The notes under the pieces were generated by a model. The model did not search any database. It saw only the letters and a list, made by a program, of their open reading frames with translations, and was not told where the DNA came from. Positions 19,143 through 30,232 of a stretch of 64,000 bases of DNA are shown here, one piece after another. Source of the DNA: Bacteroidales bacterium (lineage in GTDB: Bacteria > Bacteroidota > Bacteroidia > Bacteroidales > VadinHA17); the NCBI GenBank assembly GCA_035297425.1, contig DATGYZ010000031.1:130776-194775 (forward strand), in the 5' to 3' direction. The position numbers were made by a program, and so were the translations under genes. Position 1 is the first letter of the stretch. Each line of letters begins with the position of its first letter.

Positions 19143-19530
19143 GATGACGACTGAGGAATCCCCTGCTGATTAACACGATTAGCTTTTGTCGTTTTAAGGG
19201 TTATCAAGGCTCTTCTGATGACGACTGAGGAATCCCTGCTGATTAACACGATTAGCTTTTGTCATTTTAAGGGTTATCAAGGCTGTTATGCTGACGACTG
19301 AGGAATCCCTGCTGATTAACACGATTAGCTTTTGTCGTTTTAAGGGTTATCAAGGCTGTTATGATGACGACTGAGGAATCCCCTGCTGATTAACATGATT
19401 AGCTTTTGTCGTTATAAGGGTTATCAAGGCTGTTATGATGACGACTGAGGAAACCCCTGCTGATTAACACGATTAGCTTTTGTCGCTTTAAGGGTTATCA
19501 AGGCTGTTATGATGACGATAGCAGGAATCT
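19143..19530. repeat. tandem repeat, ~5.3 copies of a 73/74-bp unit
   Basis: Unit GATGACGACTGAGGAATCCCCTGCTGATTAACACGATTAGCTTTTGTCGTTTTAAGGGTTATCAAGGCTGTTAT starts at 19143, 19217, 19290, 19363, 19437 and 19511 (last copy partial). There are only a few substitutions or indels per copy. Confidence 0.9.
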
Positions 19531-19684
19531 TCTTATTTAATCCTTCTGGAACTTTGTTTTTGAGAGAATGATTAAAGAATCGAACCCACCCAAATCCCTC
19601 AGCGGGAGGGGATTACATCAGGATAATCGCTAAGGATCAGAAATGATTTTACTGCTTATTCGCTTCCTCCAAAGGTGCAAGACA

Positions 19685-19778
19685 GCTGAATTTTAATATA
19701 TATATTAATATAGTTAATAATATATATTATAATATATAATTCAGCCCTTTCCCATAACTAGAGGGAAAGGGCTGAATA
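19685..19778. repeat. AT-rich palindromic tract plus 13-bp perfect hairpin sharing GCTGAAT arms
   Basis: GCTGAATT (19685-19692), then 45 nt that are 44/45 A/T, then AATTCAGC (19738-19745). TCAGCCCTTTCCC (19741-19753) pairs perfectly with GGGAAAGGGCTGA (19763-19775). Confidence 0.8.
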
Positions 19779-19785
19779 AAGTTTA

Positions 19786-19809
19786 AGAAGGCACTTTGTA
19801 ATGCCTTCT
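19786..19809 (-). terminator. putative intrinsic terminator of eno
   Basis: 8-bp stem AGAAGGCA/TGCCTTCT starting 9 nt after the eno stop, followed on the minus strand by a U/A-rich tail (UUAAACUUUAUU). The U-run is weak. Confidence 0.45.
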
Positions 19810-19817
19810 GCTAGCAA

Positions 19818-21101
<1,284 letters not shown>

Positions 21102-21228
21102 TTATATTTAATTTAACAACTTAGTATGTTTAAAGATAAAAGATAAAAGTATAAAGACAAAAGTCAATTTATAAACACTTTTTGACAAATTCCTCTTACT
21201 GGATGCCTTTTACAGTACAATTTTGTTT

Positions 21229-21266
21229 ATGAAAAAAGGGATTGTGCCTTTCCGGCAAATCCCTTT
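21229..21266 (-). terminator. intrinsic terminator after rplQ (end of the ribosomal cluster)
   Basis: 9-bp stem AAAGGGATT/AATCCCTTT (21235-21243 / 21258-21266) followed on the minus strand by UUUUUUCAU. Confidence 0.7.
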
Positions 21267-21294
21267 CTCCTATAGTAACTCAGTAAGCATTACT

Positions 21295-21819
21295 TTATTC
21301 TTCGGAAACTTTATCCTCCTTTGCTTCGGAAGCAGGTTTCTCTTCAGAAGGTGTTTCTTTTGCGGCTTTAGGAGCTTTTGCCTCAGCTGCAGGTTCAGAT
21401 TTCTTTGATCTCCTTCTTCTGCCAGTCTTGGTTTTACCTGTTTCGGTTCCAAGCATGGCTTCGTTATAGTCAACAAGCTCAAGTATGCACATATCTGCAT
21501 TGTCGCCAATCCTATGGCCTGTCTTTAATATCCTGGTATATCCTCCGGGACGGTCGGCTATCTTTGGAGAAACTTCCCTGAACAGTTCTGAAACAGCAGT
21601 TTTGTCTTTCAGGTAGCTGAACACAACCCTTCTTGAATGGGTTGAGTCTTCCTTCGACTTTGTTATAAGGGGCTCAACATATGTCCTGAGCGCTTTTGCT
21701 TTGGCTGTTGTTGTAGTTATCCTTTTATGCAGGATAAGTGATGAAGCCATATTGGAAAGCATTGACTTCCTGTGTGAACTTGTCCTTCCCAAATGGTTAA
21801 TTACTCTTGAATGTCGCAT
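21295..21819 (-). CDS. rplQ: 50S ribosomal protein L17 (with Lys/Glu/Ala-rich C-terminal extension)
   Basis: [21 protein letters not shown]... matches L17. About 50 extra low-complexity C-terminal residues. Confidence 0.95.
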   Translation of the reverse strand: MRHSRVINHLGRTSSHRKSMLSNMASSLILHKRITTTTAKAKALRTYVEPLITKSKEDSTHSRRVVFSYLKDKTAVSELFREVSPKIADRPGGYTRILKTGHRIGDNADMCILELVDYNEAMLGTETGKTKTGRRRRSKKSEPAAEAKAPKAAKETPSEEKPASEAKEDKVSEE

Positions 21820-21842
21820 TTCTTTATATCCTTAACTTCTAA

Positions 21843-22835
21843 TTAATCTTTCTCTAGTTTATACTTGCTCACATCCATTCCAAAAGAAAGGCTCATGGAT
21901 TCAAGCAGCTCATCAAGTTCTGTAAGAGACTTTTTGCCAAAATTCCTGAATTTAAGCAGATCGTTCTTATTGAATTTGACAAGATCTCCAAGTGTTTCAA
22001 CTTCTGCGGCTTTCAGACAGTTCAGAGCCCTGACAGAGAGGTCGAGATCGACCAGTTTAGTCTTAAGCAGCTGTCTCATGTGAAGTACTTCCTCATCGAA
22101 CTCTTCATTTGCAAGCTTATCGTCAGAATCGAGTGTAATTTTCTCATCTGAGAAGAGCATGAAATGATATATCAGAATTTTGGCAGCTTCCTTGAGGGCA
22201 TCCTTCGGGTGTATTGAACCATCGGTTTCAATTTCGATAAGTAGTTTTTCATAGTCAGTCTTCTGTTCAACACGATAGTTCTCAACAGAATATCTGACAT
22301 TTCTGATCGGAGTGAAGATAGCATCTATTGCTACAAGTCCGAATTCACTGTCGGCAGGTTCATTTTCTTCAGCTGGAATATATCCGCGTCCCTTATTTAT
22401 TGTGAGGTCTATCTGGAGCTTAACATCGGATTCCATTCTAAACAGCACAAGGTCAGGATTGAGCACCTCAAAATTGCTAAGTGAGGCATTAAGATCACCT
22501 GCCTTGAAAACGTCCTGACCATTAATTTTAACTGTTACCTTCTCATGGTCTGCATCCTCGACAATCCTCTTAAAGCGAACCTGCTTAAGATTCAGGATTA
22601 TTTCAGTGACGTCTTCCATAACACCTGTTATGGTAGAGAATTCATGGTCGATCCCTTCGATCTTGACGGTTGTTATTGCATAACCTTCAAGTGAGGAGAG
22701 AAGAATTCTCCTAAGGGCATTACCTACAGTGATACCATAGCCAGGTTCAAGCGGTCTGAATTCGAACTTTCCTGTCCGGTCGTCCGCTTCAAGCATTATA
22801 ACTTTGTCAGGCTTCTGGAATGATAAAATGGCCAT
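21843..22835 (-). CDS. rpoA: DNA-directed RNA polymerase subunit alpha
   Basis: N-terminal domain motif [14 protein letters not shown] and a C-terminal domain (CTD). Canonical position after rpsD. Confidence 0.95.
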   Translation of the reverse strand: MAILSFQKPDKVIMLEADDRTGKFEFRPLEPGYGITVGNALRRILLSSLEGYAITTVKIEGIDHEFSTITGVMEDVTEIILNLKQVRFKRIVEDADHEKVTVKINGQDVFKAGDLNASLSNFEVLNPDLVLFRMESDVKLQIDLTINKGRGYIPAEENEPADSEFGLVAIDAIFTPIRNVRYSVENYRVEQKTDYEKLLIEIETDGSIHPKDALKEAAKILIYHFMLFSDEKITLDSDDKLANEEFDEEVLHMRQLLKTKLVDLDLSVRALNCLKAAEVETLGDLVKFNKNDLLKFRNFGKKSLTELDELLESMSLSFGMDVSKYKLEKD

Positions 22836-22856
22836 AGAATAATTTCTTAATTATTA

Positions 22857-23465
22857 TTACTTGGAATACAATTCAACAATAAGCTGTTCCTTAATATTTT
22901 CAGGAATATCAGAACGTTCAGGCATATTCATGAATTTACCTGCCATTTGGGTATCATCCCACTCCAGCCAGGAGAGTTTTGAATAATTTCTTGAAGAAAG
23001 TGCATCGGCAATCGTTTCAAGAGATTTTGATTTTTCACGTACCCCGATGATATCGCCTGGCTTAAGCGAATATGAAGGAATGTTGATAACTGACCCGTTC
23101 ACAGTAATGTGCCTGTGAGAAACGAGCTGGCGTGCAGCTGCTCTTGTAGGTGCAATACCCAGACGGTAAACAACATTATCGAGACGTGCTTCGAGCATCT
23201 GAAGAAGAACTTCACCTGTAACACCTTTGCTCCTTGAAGCTTTTTCGAAGGTATTACGGAACTGACGCTCAAGAATTCCGTATGTATATTTTGCTTTTTG
23301 TTTTTCCCTGAGCTGAACCCCGTATTCTGAGGTTTTCTTTCTTTTCTTGTTAACACCATGTTGTCCTGGAGGGAAATTTTTCCTTTCAAGGTGTTTATCA
23401 GCGCCAAAGATTGGTTCACCGAATTTTCTTGCGATTCTTGATTTTGGGCCGGTATATCTTGCCAT
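22857..23465 (-). CDS. rpsD: 30S ribosomal protein S4
   Basis: [20 protein letters not shown]... plus an S4 RNA-binding domain. Confidence 0.95.
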   Translation of the reverse strand: MARYTGPKSRIARKFGEPIFGADKHLERKNFPPGQHGVNKKRKKTSEYGVQLREKQKAKYTYGILERQFRNTFEKASRSKGVTGEVLLQMLEARLDNVVYRLGIAPTRAAARQLVSHRHITVNGSVINIPSYSLKPGDIIGVREKSKSLETIADALSSRNYSKLSWLEWDDTQMAGKFMNMPERSDIPENIKEQLIVELYSK

Positions 23466-23541
23466 TGTCGTTTATGAAATTTGTACTTACTAACTATCTT
23501 TTTAAGACCGTCCCGGGTGACCGGGGGCCGGTAAATAAATG

Positions 23542-23931
23542 TTATACTCTTCTTCTGCCGGGAGCCCTGCAACCGTTGTGAGGCATAGGGGTCACATCAA
23601 CTATTTCTGTTACTTCAATTCCGACATTTGAAATTGACCTGATAGCTGATTCACGTCCTGAACCGGGTCCTTTAACATATACCTTCACTTTTCTGAGCCC
23701 GAGGTCATAAGCTACCTTCCCGCATTCTTCTGATGCCATCTGTGCAGCATAAGGGGTGTTCTTTTTTGAACCTTTGAAACCCATTTTACCTGCCGATGCC
23801 CATGAAATGACCTGACCTGAATTGTTTGTCAGGGTAACAATGATGTTATTAAAAGATGAATGCACATGAGCCTGGCCTGTAGGTTCAACCTTTACGACCC
23901 TCTTTTTCAATGCTCCAGTCTTCTTTGCCAT
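23542..23931 (-). CDS. rpsK: 30S ribosomal protein S11
   Basis: Conserved S11 core ([16 protein letters not shown]...). Confidence 0.95.
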   Translation of the reverse strand: MAKKTGALKKRVVKVEPTGQAHVHSSFNNIIVTLTNNSGQVISWASAGKMGFKGSKKNTPYAAQMASEECGKVAYDLGLRKVKVYVKGPGSGRESAIRSISNVGIEVTEIVDVTPMPHNGCRAPGRRRV

Positions 23932-23941
23932 ATAATCCTAT

Positions 23942-24319
23942 TTATTTAGTAGCTTTTTTCTTGTTTGCAACAGTCTTCTTACGCCCTTTACGTGTCCTGG
24001 CGTTATTTTTCGTACTCTGACCGCGGACCGGCAGACCAAGTCTGTGACGAACACCGCGATAGCATCCGATATCCATAAGTCTTTTTATGTTCATCTGTGT
24101 TTCAGAACGCAGCTCGCCTTCAAGCTTGAAATTGTCATTCAGGATGCGGCGGATGTTATTAATCTGCTCGTCGGTCCATTCCTGAACCTTTGCATTCCTG
24201 TCCACCCCGGCTTCGTCGAGCACCTTCTGAGCGGTACTTCTTCCAACGCCGTAGATGTAAGTCAGGCCAACTTCGCCTCTTTTATTTCTTGGTAAATCAA
24301 CACCAACAATACGTGCCAT
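23942..24319 (-). CDS. rpsM: 30S ribosomal protein S13
   Basis: [26 protein letters not shown]... Confidence 0.95.
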   Translation of the reverse strand: MARIVGVDLPRNKRGEVGLTYIYGVGRSTAQKVLDEAGVDRNAKVQEWTDEQINNIRRILNDNFKLEGELRSETQMNIKRLMDIGCYRGVRHRLGLPVRGQSTKNNARTRKGRKKTVANKKKATK

Positions 24320-24354
24320 ATACTTTTGTTAAATAGTTTGCAAAATTAATAAAA

Positions 24355-24471
24355 TTATCCCTGTCTCTGCTTGAACTTCGGGTTTTTCTTGTTAATTACG
24401 TAAATGCGACCTTTCCTCCTGACTATCTTGCAGTCAGCGCTGCGCTTTTTAACAGATGCTCTTACTTTCAT
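24355..24471 (-). CDS. rpmJ: 50S ribosomal protein L36 (zinc-ligand-less form)
   Basis: Not in the ORF track. My hand translation of the minus strand gives [38 protein letters not shown], then a stop. Canonical position between infA and rpsM. Confidence 0.9.
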   Translation of the reverse strand: MKVRASVKKRSADCKIVRRKGRIYVINKKNPKFKQRQG

Positions 24472-24483
24472 TATCTTAAATTT

Positions 24484-24702
24484 CTATTTATACCTGAATG
24501 TTATTCTTCCTTTTGTAAGATCGTATGGCGACATTTCAACTTTTACCTTATCACCCGGCAGGATTTTGATATAGTGCATTCTCATCTTGCCTGAGATATG
24601 AGCAGTGATAACATGGCCATTTTCAAGCTCCACCCTGAACATTGCATTTGAAAGAGCTTCGATTATAGTCCCGTCCTGCTCAATGGATGATTGTTTCGAC
24701 AT
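24484..24702 (-). CDS. infA: translation initiation factor IF-1
   Basis: 72-aa S1-like OB-fold sequence ([20 protein letters not shown]...). Confidence 0.95.
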   Translation of the reverse strand: MSKQSSIEQDGTIIEALSNAMFRVELENGHVITAHISGKMRMHYIKILPGDKVKVEMSPYDLTKGRITFRYK

Positions 24703-24706
24703 ACAG

Positions 24707-25486
24707 TTATATATTATTTAACACTTTCTCTATTAAGTCAAAAGTTGTCAGCACATCTGCTTTATCCCTGTCAATTGCAACAGCATATTCGAAATGTGCC
24801 GAAGGTTTTCCGTCGGCTGTTCTTATAGTCCAGCCATCTCTAAGTTGCACTGTTTCCTTTGTACCAGCATTTATCATTGGTTCGATGCATATAACAAGTC
24901 CTTTTTGCATCTTCGGACCTGTTCCTGCCTTGCCGTAGTTAGGTACTTCCGGTTGTTCATGCAGCTTCGTTCCAAGACCATGGCCCACCAGCTCCCTCAC
25001 CACGGAGAAACCACCGCTTTCAGCTTTTGTCTGGACTGCATTTGAGATATCTCCCACCCTGTTTCCTGCAACAGCCTTTTTTACACCTTCTTCCAGGGAC
25101 ATCCTGGTATAATGAAGAAGCTTTTTTAAATCTTCGCTTATTGTTCCAACAGGAAAAGTATAAGCGCTGTCTCCATACCATCCATTCAGTATCACACCGC
25201 AATCGACCGATATAATGTCTCCGTCCTGCAGCTCATATTCTGAAGGTATGCCATGAACAACCTCTTCATTGACAGATGTGCAGAGTGTATTGGGGAAGCC
25301 TCCATATCCCTTGAATGCCGGCACAGCACCATTATCACGAATGAACTGTTCAGCAATTTTATCGAGATAGAGAGTAGTTACCCCGGGTTTTATAAGTGAA
25401 GCCATTTCAGCAAGTGTCCTCGACACCAGCATATTGCTTTCTCTTAACAACCCAACCTCTTCATCAGTCTTTAAATACAACATCAA
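24707..25486 (-). CDS. map: type I methionine aminopeptidase
   Basis: MetAP metal-ligand motifs ([16 protein letters not shown]). Located between secY and infA. Confidence 0.9.
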   Translation of the reverse strand: MMLYLKTDEEVGLLRESNMLVSRTLAEMASLIKPGVTTLYLDKIAEQFIRDNGAVPAFKGYGGFPNTLCTSVNEEVVHGIPSEYELQDGDIISVDCGVILNGWYGDSAYTFPVGTISEDLKKLLHYTRMSLEEGVKKAVAGNRVGDISNAVQTKAESGGFSVVRELVGHGLGTKLHEQPEVPNYGKAGTGPKMQKGLVICIEPMINAGTKETVQLRDGWTIRTADGKPSAHFEYAVAIDRDKADVLTTFDLIEKVLNNI

Positions 25487-25501
25487 AGAACGTTAGCAAT
25501 A

Positions 25502-26830
25502 TTATATTGATGTAACCGCTGCGGATCTGCCTTTGACCCTGCCCGATTTCATCAGACCGTCATAATGCCTCATAAGAAGGTGGCTTTCAATCTGCTGAAG
25601 TGTATCAAGTATAACACCAACAAGAATGAGAAGCGTGGTACCTCCGTAAAATTGTGCGAATTGTGGTGATACGGAAGCCTGCACTGCCAGTGACGGCATG
25701 ACGGCCACTATTGCCAGGAAAAACGAACCAGGCAAAGTGATCCTTGACATTATCGTATCAAGAAATTCAACTGTTTTCCTCCCGGGTTTGATGCCCGGTA
25801 TGAAACCACCATTCTTTTTCATATCCTCGGCCATCTGGACGGGATTGATTGTAATGGCAGTATAAAAATATGTAAACAGAATGATAAGGAATGCTGTTAC
25901 AAGGTTATACCAGAATCCATACATATCTGAAAATGCAACCATGAAACCAGAACCTGTTTGTGAGTAACCTGCAATAATAACAGGAAGCATCATTATGGCC
26001 TGGGCAAAGATAATTGGCATAACACCTGCGGCGTTAACCTTAAGAGGTATATACTGACGGACACCGCCATACTGTTTGTTCCCAACAATTCTTCTTGCAT
26101 ACTGCACAGGCACTCTCCTTGTACCCTGTACCAGCAATATTGTTCCAAGGATAACTACGAAAAGGAATACTATTTCAACAATAAGGCCTACAAGTCCGCC
26201 TGCACCATTCATTCTTATTCCTACTTCAAACAGGAAGTTACTCGGGAGCCTTGCTATAATACCAATCATTATGAGCAGTGAGATTCCGTTACCGATACCC
26301 TTGTCTGTTATTTTTTCTCCAAGCCACATTACGAAAATTGTACCAGCCGTGAGTATGATAACAGAAGATATTGTGAAGAAAGTTCCTGAGATTACGAATG
26401 CCGAAGCCGGAAGCTGGGAATGAAGGTTAAGAAGGTATGTCGGAGCCTGAAGTATCAGGATCGCAACAGTAAGATACCTTGTGTACTGGTTCATTTTGCG
26501 GCGACCGCTTTCACCTTCTTTCTGAAGTTTCTGGAAATACGGGAAAACAATACCCAGAAGCTGTACAACGATTGAGGCTGAAATATATGGCATAATGCCA
26601 AGCGCGAATATTGATGCCTGTGAGAATGCGCCTCCGGAGAACATATCGAGAAGACCCATAATTCCGGAAGATGTCTGACCACGCAGGTTCTGAAGCTGTG
26701 AAGGATCAACACCCGGTAACGACACATACTTACCCAGCCTGTACAATACAATTATTGTGAAGGTGTAAATCAGCCTTGCACGCAGATCTTCAATCTTGAA
26801 GATGTTTTTTATAGTCTGGATGAATCTCAT
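25502..26830 (-). CDS. secY: preprotein translocase subunit SecY
   Basis: 10-TM SecY sequence. Canonical position after rplO. Confidence 0.95.
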   Translation of the reverse strand: MRFIQTIKNIFKIEDLRARLIYTFTIIVLYRLGKYVSLPGVDPSQLQNLRGQTSSGIMGLLDMFSGGAFSQASIFALGIMPYISASIVVQLLGIVFPYFQKLQKEGESGRRKMNQYTRYLTVAILILQAPTYLLNLHSQLPASAFVISGTFFTISSVIILTAGTIFVMWLGEKITDKGIGNGISLLIMIGIIARLPSNFLFEVGIRMNGAGGLVGLIVEIVFLFVVILGTILLVQGTRRVPVQYARRIVGNKQYGGVRQYIPLKVNAAGVMPIIFAQAIMMLPVIIAGYSQTGSGFMVAFSDMYGFWYNLVTAFLIILFTYFYTAITINPVQMAEDMKKNGGFIPGIKPGRKTVEFLDTIMSRITLPGSFFLAIVAVMPSLAVQASVSPQFAQFYGGTTLLILVGVILDTLQQIESHLLMRHYDGLMKSGRVKGRSAAVTSI

Positions 26831-26834
26831 GAAA

Positions 26835-27281
26835 TTACAGTTTTACAGCGGTACCCGCCTTTGCTTCAATTGCTGCAACAGCTGATTTGCTGAATGCATG
26901 TGCATGTACTTCAAGTTTCCTTTCAAGGTTTCCGTTCCCAAGTATTTTAACAAGGGCATTTTTGGAAATAAATCCTGCTTCGAGCAGAACTGCAAGATCA
27001 ATTTTCTCCAGGTTATTCTTCTCTGCCAGGTCCTGGAGGGTACTCAGGTTGATTGCCTTGTATTCGACCCGGTTGATGTTCTTGAAACCGAATTTCGGAA
27101 GACGTCTCTGCAGAGGCATCTGACCTCCTTCAAAACCGATTTTTTTGCTATAACCGGAACGCTGCTTTGCACCTTTATGTCCCCTGGTGGAAGTTCCTCC
27201 TTTTCCTGATCCCTGGCCACGTCCGAGGCGCTTGCTGTTCTTAACCGATCCCTTCGCAGGTTTTAAGTTACTCAAATCCAT
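26835..27281 (-). CDS. rplO: 50S ribosomal protein L15
   Basis: Gly/Lys-rich N-terminus KRLGRGQGSGKGGTSTRGHKG. Confidence 0.95.
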   Translation of the reverse strand: MDLSNLKPAKGSVKNSKRLGRGQGSGKGGTSTRGHKGAKQRSGYSKKIGFEGGQMPLQRRLPKFGFKNINRVEYKAINLSTLQDLAEKNNLEKIDLAVLLEAGFISKNALVKILGNGNLERKLEVHAHAFSKSAVAAIEAKAGTAVKL

Positions 27282-27308
27282 GATAATATCTTATAAAATG
27301 TTATTGTC

Positions 27309-27488
27309 TTAAATATTTTCAACCCTGACAAGGTGACTTATCTTAGTTACCATACCGAGAATCTGCGGAGTGGCTTCATGTTCAACGCTGTGGTTGAGTT
27401 TACGGATACCAAGAGCATCCAGTGTCCTTTTCTGTCTTTCAGGCTTGCCGTTTCTGCTTTTTACCTGAGTTATACGAATTCTTGCCAT
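27309..27488 (-). CDS. rpmD: 50S ribosomal protein L30
   Basis: Not in the ORF track. My hand translation gives MARIRITQVKSRNGKPERQKRTLDALGIRKLNHSVEHEATPQILGMVTKISHLVRVENI, then a stop. Located between rpsE and rplO. Confidence 0.9.
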   Translation of the reverse strand: MARIRITQVKSRNGKPERQKRTLDALGIRKLNHSVEHEATPQILGMVTKISHLVRVENI

Positions 27489-27500
27489 CTTTCTGATCTC

Positions 27501-28016
27501 TTAACCGTTAAATACTTTTTCCATAGAAATACTCCTCTGTTCTGCAATAGAGAATGCATCCCTCATTTCAAGAAGGGCTGCAAATGTTGCCTTAACGAGG
27601 TTATGAGGGTTGGAAGAACCTTTTGATTTTGCAAGCACGTTATGTACTCCAACACTTTCGAGAACAGCGCGCATAGCACCACCAGCCTTTACTCCGGTAC
27701 CCTGTGAAGCAGGCTTGATGAATACTTTTGCACCACCAAACTTTGCAACCTGCTCATGAGGAACAGTGCCATTTATAACAGGAACCTTGATAAGGTTCTT
27801 TTTGGCATCCTCAATACCTTTTGCGATAGCTGTTGTAACTTCACTGGCTTTTCCGAGACCATGTCCCACTATTCCATCTTCATTGCCTACAACAACGATG
27901 GCTGAAAAACTGAATGTACGTCCGCCTTTTGTAACCTTAGTAACTCTCTGGATACTTACGAGCCTGTCTTTAAGTTCGAGGTCGCTGGTTTTAACTTTTC
28001 TTATACCTTCTGCCAT
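27501..28016 (-). CDS. rpsE: 30S ribosomal protein S5
   Basis: S5 dsRBD and C-terminal domain sequence. Confidence 0.95.
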   Translation of the reverse strand: MAEGIRKVKTSDLELKDRLVSIQRVTKVTKGGRTFSFSAIVVVGNEDGIVGHGLGKASEVTTAIAKGIEDAKKNLIKVPVINGTVPHEQVAKFGGAKVFIKPASQGTGVKAGGAMRAVLESVGVHNVLAKSKGSSNPHNLVKATFAALLEMRDAFSIAEQRSISMEKVFNG

Positions 28017-28023
28017 GATTCAA

Positions 28024-28383
28024 TTAAAATTTTAAACCGCCTTCGCGTGCTGCATCAGCCAATGATTTAACTCTCCCATGATATTTATAACCACTTCTGT
28101 CGAAAACAACCTGCTCGATGCCTTTTTCCTTGCATTTTGATGCGAGAAGCTTGCCTACGAGCTTGGCCTGTTCTATTTTCTTTATTCCTGACTGTGCGGC
28201 AACATCTTTCTCCTTGGAGCTTGCTGACAGCAGGGTAACGCCATTCAGGTCGTCTACAACCTGAACATATATCTGTTTATTGCTGCGGTATACAGCCAGT
28301 CTTGGTGCTTCAGCTGTACCCTTTATTTTTTTCCGGATCCTCATTCTGATCCTGGATCTTCTTTCCAACTTGGTTAAGGCCAT
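28024..28383 (-). CDS. rplR: 50S ribosomal protein L18
   Basis: L18 sequence ([18 protein letters not shown]...). Confidence 0.95.
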   Translation of the reverse strand: MALTKLERRSRIRMRIRKKIKGTAEAPRLAVYRSNKQIYVQVVDDLNGVTLLSASSKEKDVAAQSGIKKIEQAKLVGKLLASKCKEKGIEQVVFDRSGYKYHGRVKSLADAAREGGLKF

Positions 28384-28402
28384 GATTTTAAACTTTTACC
28401 TG

Positions 28403-28957
28403 TTAAACACTTGCAGATTTTCCAGCCTTCCTTCTAAGCTGTTCTCCGACAAACTTGATTCCTTTTCCCTTATAAGGCTCAGGTGGACGGAGTGACCTGA
28501 TCTTCGCTGCAACATGACCGATAAGCTGTTTGTCGATACATGTGAGTGTTATGATGGGGTTTGCCCTTCTTTCAGTTTTCGTCTCTACCTTAACTTCAGC
28601 GGGTAGCTGAATTATTATTTCATGGGAATATCCGAGACTCATCTCAAGATTCTGCCCTTTTGCTTCTGCCCTGTAACCTACTCCTACGAGTTCAAGCTCT
28701 TTTTTGTAACCCTCTGAAACACCAGTGACCATATTCTGGATCAGCGCGCGGCTGAGTCCGTGAAGGGATTTATGTGACTTGGAATCGTCAGGTCTTGAAA
28801 TATGAATCTCATTTCCCACCACTTCCACCTTCAGGTCTTTGTCTACAGCCTGGGTTAGCTGACCCAGGGGGCCTTTCACACTGACCACGTTGTCGCTGCT
28901 GACATTCACAGTGACATTCTTTGGCAGGTTTACAGGTAATTTTCCTATTCGTGACAT
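28403..28957 (-). CDS. rplF: 50S ribosomal protein L6
   Basis: MSRIGKLPVNLPKNVTV... Confidence 0.95.
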   Translation of the reverse strand: MSRIGKLPVNLPKNVTVNVSSDNVVSVKGPLGQLTQAVDKDLKVEVVGNEIHISRPDDSKSHKSLHGLSRALIQNMVTGVSEGYKKELELVGVGYRAEAKGQNLEMSLGYSHEIIIQLPAEVKVETKTERRANPIITLTCIDKQLIGHVAAKIRSLRPPEPYKGKGIKFVGEQLRRKAGKSASV

Positions 28958-28971
28958 TGAGTTATCTTATT

Positions 28972-29370
28972 TTAATATACGTAACATAATACTTCACCAC
29001 CAATCTTCTCTTTCTTTGCCTCTTTATCGGTCATAAGACCTTTTGAAGTTGAGATGATTGCAATACCCAGACCGTTCAGCACTCTTGGCATATCTTCGAA
29101 ACCGGTATACTGACGAAGACCTGGTCTGCTAATTCTCTGGATCTCCTTGATAGCAGGCCTTTTTGTTTTTGCGTTATACTTAAGAGCGATTTTGAGAACA
29201 CCCTGCGGAGTCTCTCCCTCAACAACCTTATAGCTGAGGATATATCCTTTTTCAAACAGAATCCTGGCTACCTCTTTCTTCAGATTGGAAGCCGGTGCCT
29301 CTACAACCTTATGGCCGGCCATGATAGCGTTCCTTATTCTGGTCAGTAAATCTGCAATTGGATCAGTCAT
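28972..29370 (-). CDS. rpsH: 30S ribosomal protein S8
   Basis: MTDPIADLLTRIRNA... Confidence 0.95.
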   Translation of the reverse strand: MTDPIADLLTRIRNAIMAGHKVVEAPASNLKKEVARILFEKGYILSYKVVEGETPQGVLKIALKYNAKTKRPAIKEIQRISRPGLRQYTGFEDMPRVLNGLGIAIISTSKGLMTDKEAKKEKIGGEVLCYVY

Positions 29371-29406
29371 CTTGATTTTTTTATTGTTTTTTATTATAAT
29401 ATACGA

Positions 29407-29676
29407 TTACCAGCTTGCTTTTTTAACACCGGGGAGAAGACCTTTGGAAGCCATTTCCCTGAAGGTAATCCTGCTTATCCCGAATTGTCTCATATAACCC
29501 CGCGGGCGTCCGGTAAGCTTGCAGCGGTTATGCATCCTGTTAGGATTGGAGTTCCTGGGCAGGCGGCTTAAGCCAACATAGTCACCTTCAGCCTTGAGCC
29601 TGGCTCTCTTTTCTGCATACTTCTGAGCAAGTTTTGCGCGCTTGACTTCGCGGGCTACCATGGAAATTTTAGCCAT
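29407..29676 (-). CDS. rpsN: 30S ribosomal protein S14 (long, non-zinc form)
   Basis: 89 aa with no CxxC pairs. Ends in ...LPGVKKASW. Confidence 0.95.
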   Translation of the reverse strand: MAKISMVAREVKRAKLAQKYAEKRARLKAEGDYVGLSRLPRNSNPNRMHNRCKLTGRPRGYMRQFGISRITFREMASKGLLPGVKKASW

Positions 29677-29680
29677 ATAA

Positions 29681-30232
29681 TTAGTTTTTAGAATTTTTAA
29701 ATGGTAAACCGAATTGTTTCAGGAGCGATAATGCTTCCTCATCAGAATTTGCAGTTGTTACAAATGTTATCTGCAGACCCATAATCTTGGCAACCTTATC
29801 AAGATCAATTTCAGGGAAAATGATCTGTTCGGTAATACCCAGGGTATAGTTTCCACGTCCATCAAGCTTCGAGTTGATCCCTTTGAAGTCACGGATACGA
29901 GGCAGAGCAACGGAGATGAGTCTTTCAAGGAATTCGAACATCCTGTCTTTGCGGAGTGTAACCATTATACCAATAGGCATGTTTCTTCTCAGCTTGAAGT
30001 TAGAAATATCCTTTGTAGAATATGTCTGCACAGCCTTCTGTCCGGCGATCTCAGACATCTCTTTAACGCCGAATTCGAGAAGTTTTTTATCAGCAATTGC
30101 CTGGCCAACACCCTGGTTGATTACAATTTTCTCGAGTTTTGGTACCTGCATTACAGTGGAATAGCTGAATTCCTTCATTAGAGCAGGGACAATCTCGTCC
30201 TTATACTTTGTTTTTAGTGCCGGTGTATACAT
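29681..30232 (-). CDS. rplE: 50S ribosomal protein L5
   Basis: L5 sequence. Canonical spc-operon position. Confidence 0.95.
   Translation of the reverse strand: MYTPALKTKYKDEIVPALMKEFSYSTVMQVPKLEKIVINQGVGQAIADKKLLEFGVKEMSEIAGQKAVQTYSTKDISNFKLRRNMPIGIMVTLRKDRMFEFLERLISVALPRIRDFKGINSKLDGRGNYTLGITEQIIFPEIDLDKVAKIMGLQITFVTTANSDEEALSLLKQFGLPFKNSKN

Noticed and set aside
19143-19530. CRISPR array or tandem hammerhead ribozymes in the 74-bp repeats
   Set aside because: The entire period is repeated with no unique spacers, so it is not CRISPR. A CUGAGGA match to the hammerhead CUGANGA box exists, but there is no GAAA core element or three-stem arrangement.
19576-19614. tRNA-like GGGUUCGAUUC T-loop motif on the minus strand
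   Set aside because: The sequences flanking the loop (GUGGG / CUUUA) cannot form a T-stem. No acceptor, D or anticodon arms can be built. At most it is a decayed fragment.
19143-19778. Replication origin (iterons plus AT-rich unwinding element)
   Set aside because: The only DnaA-box-like sequence per repeat (TTATCAAGG) has 3 of 9 mismatches to TTATCCACA. No dnaA, dnaN or other origin-linked genes are nearby. It cannot be assessed without whole-genome GC skew, so I kept it only as a check suggestion.
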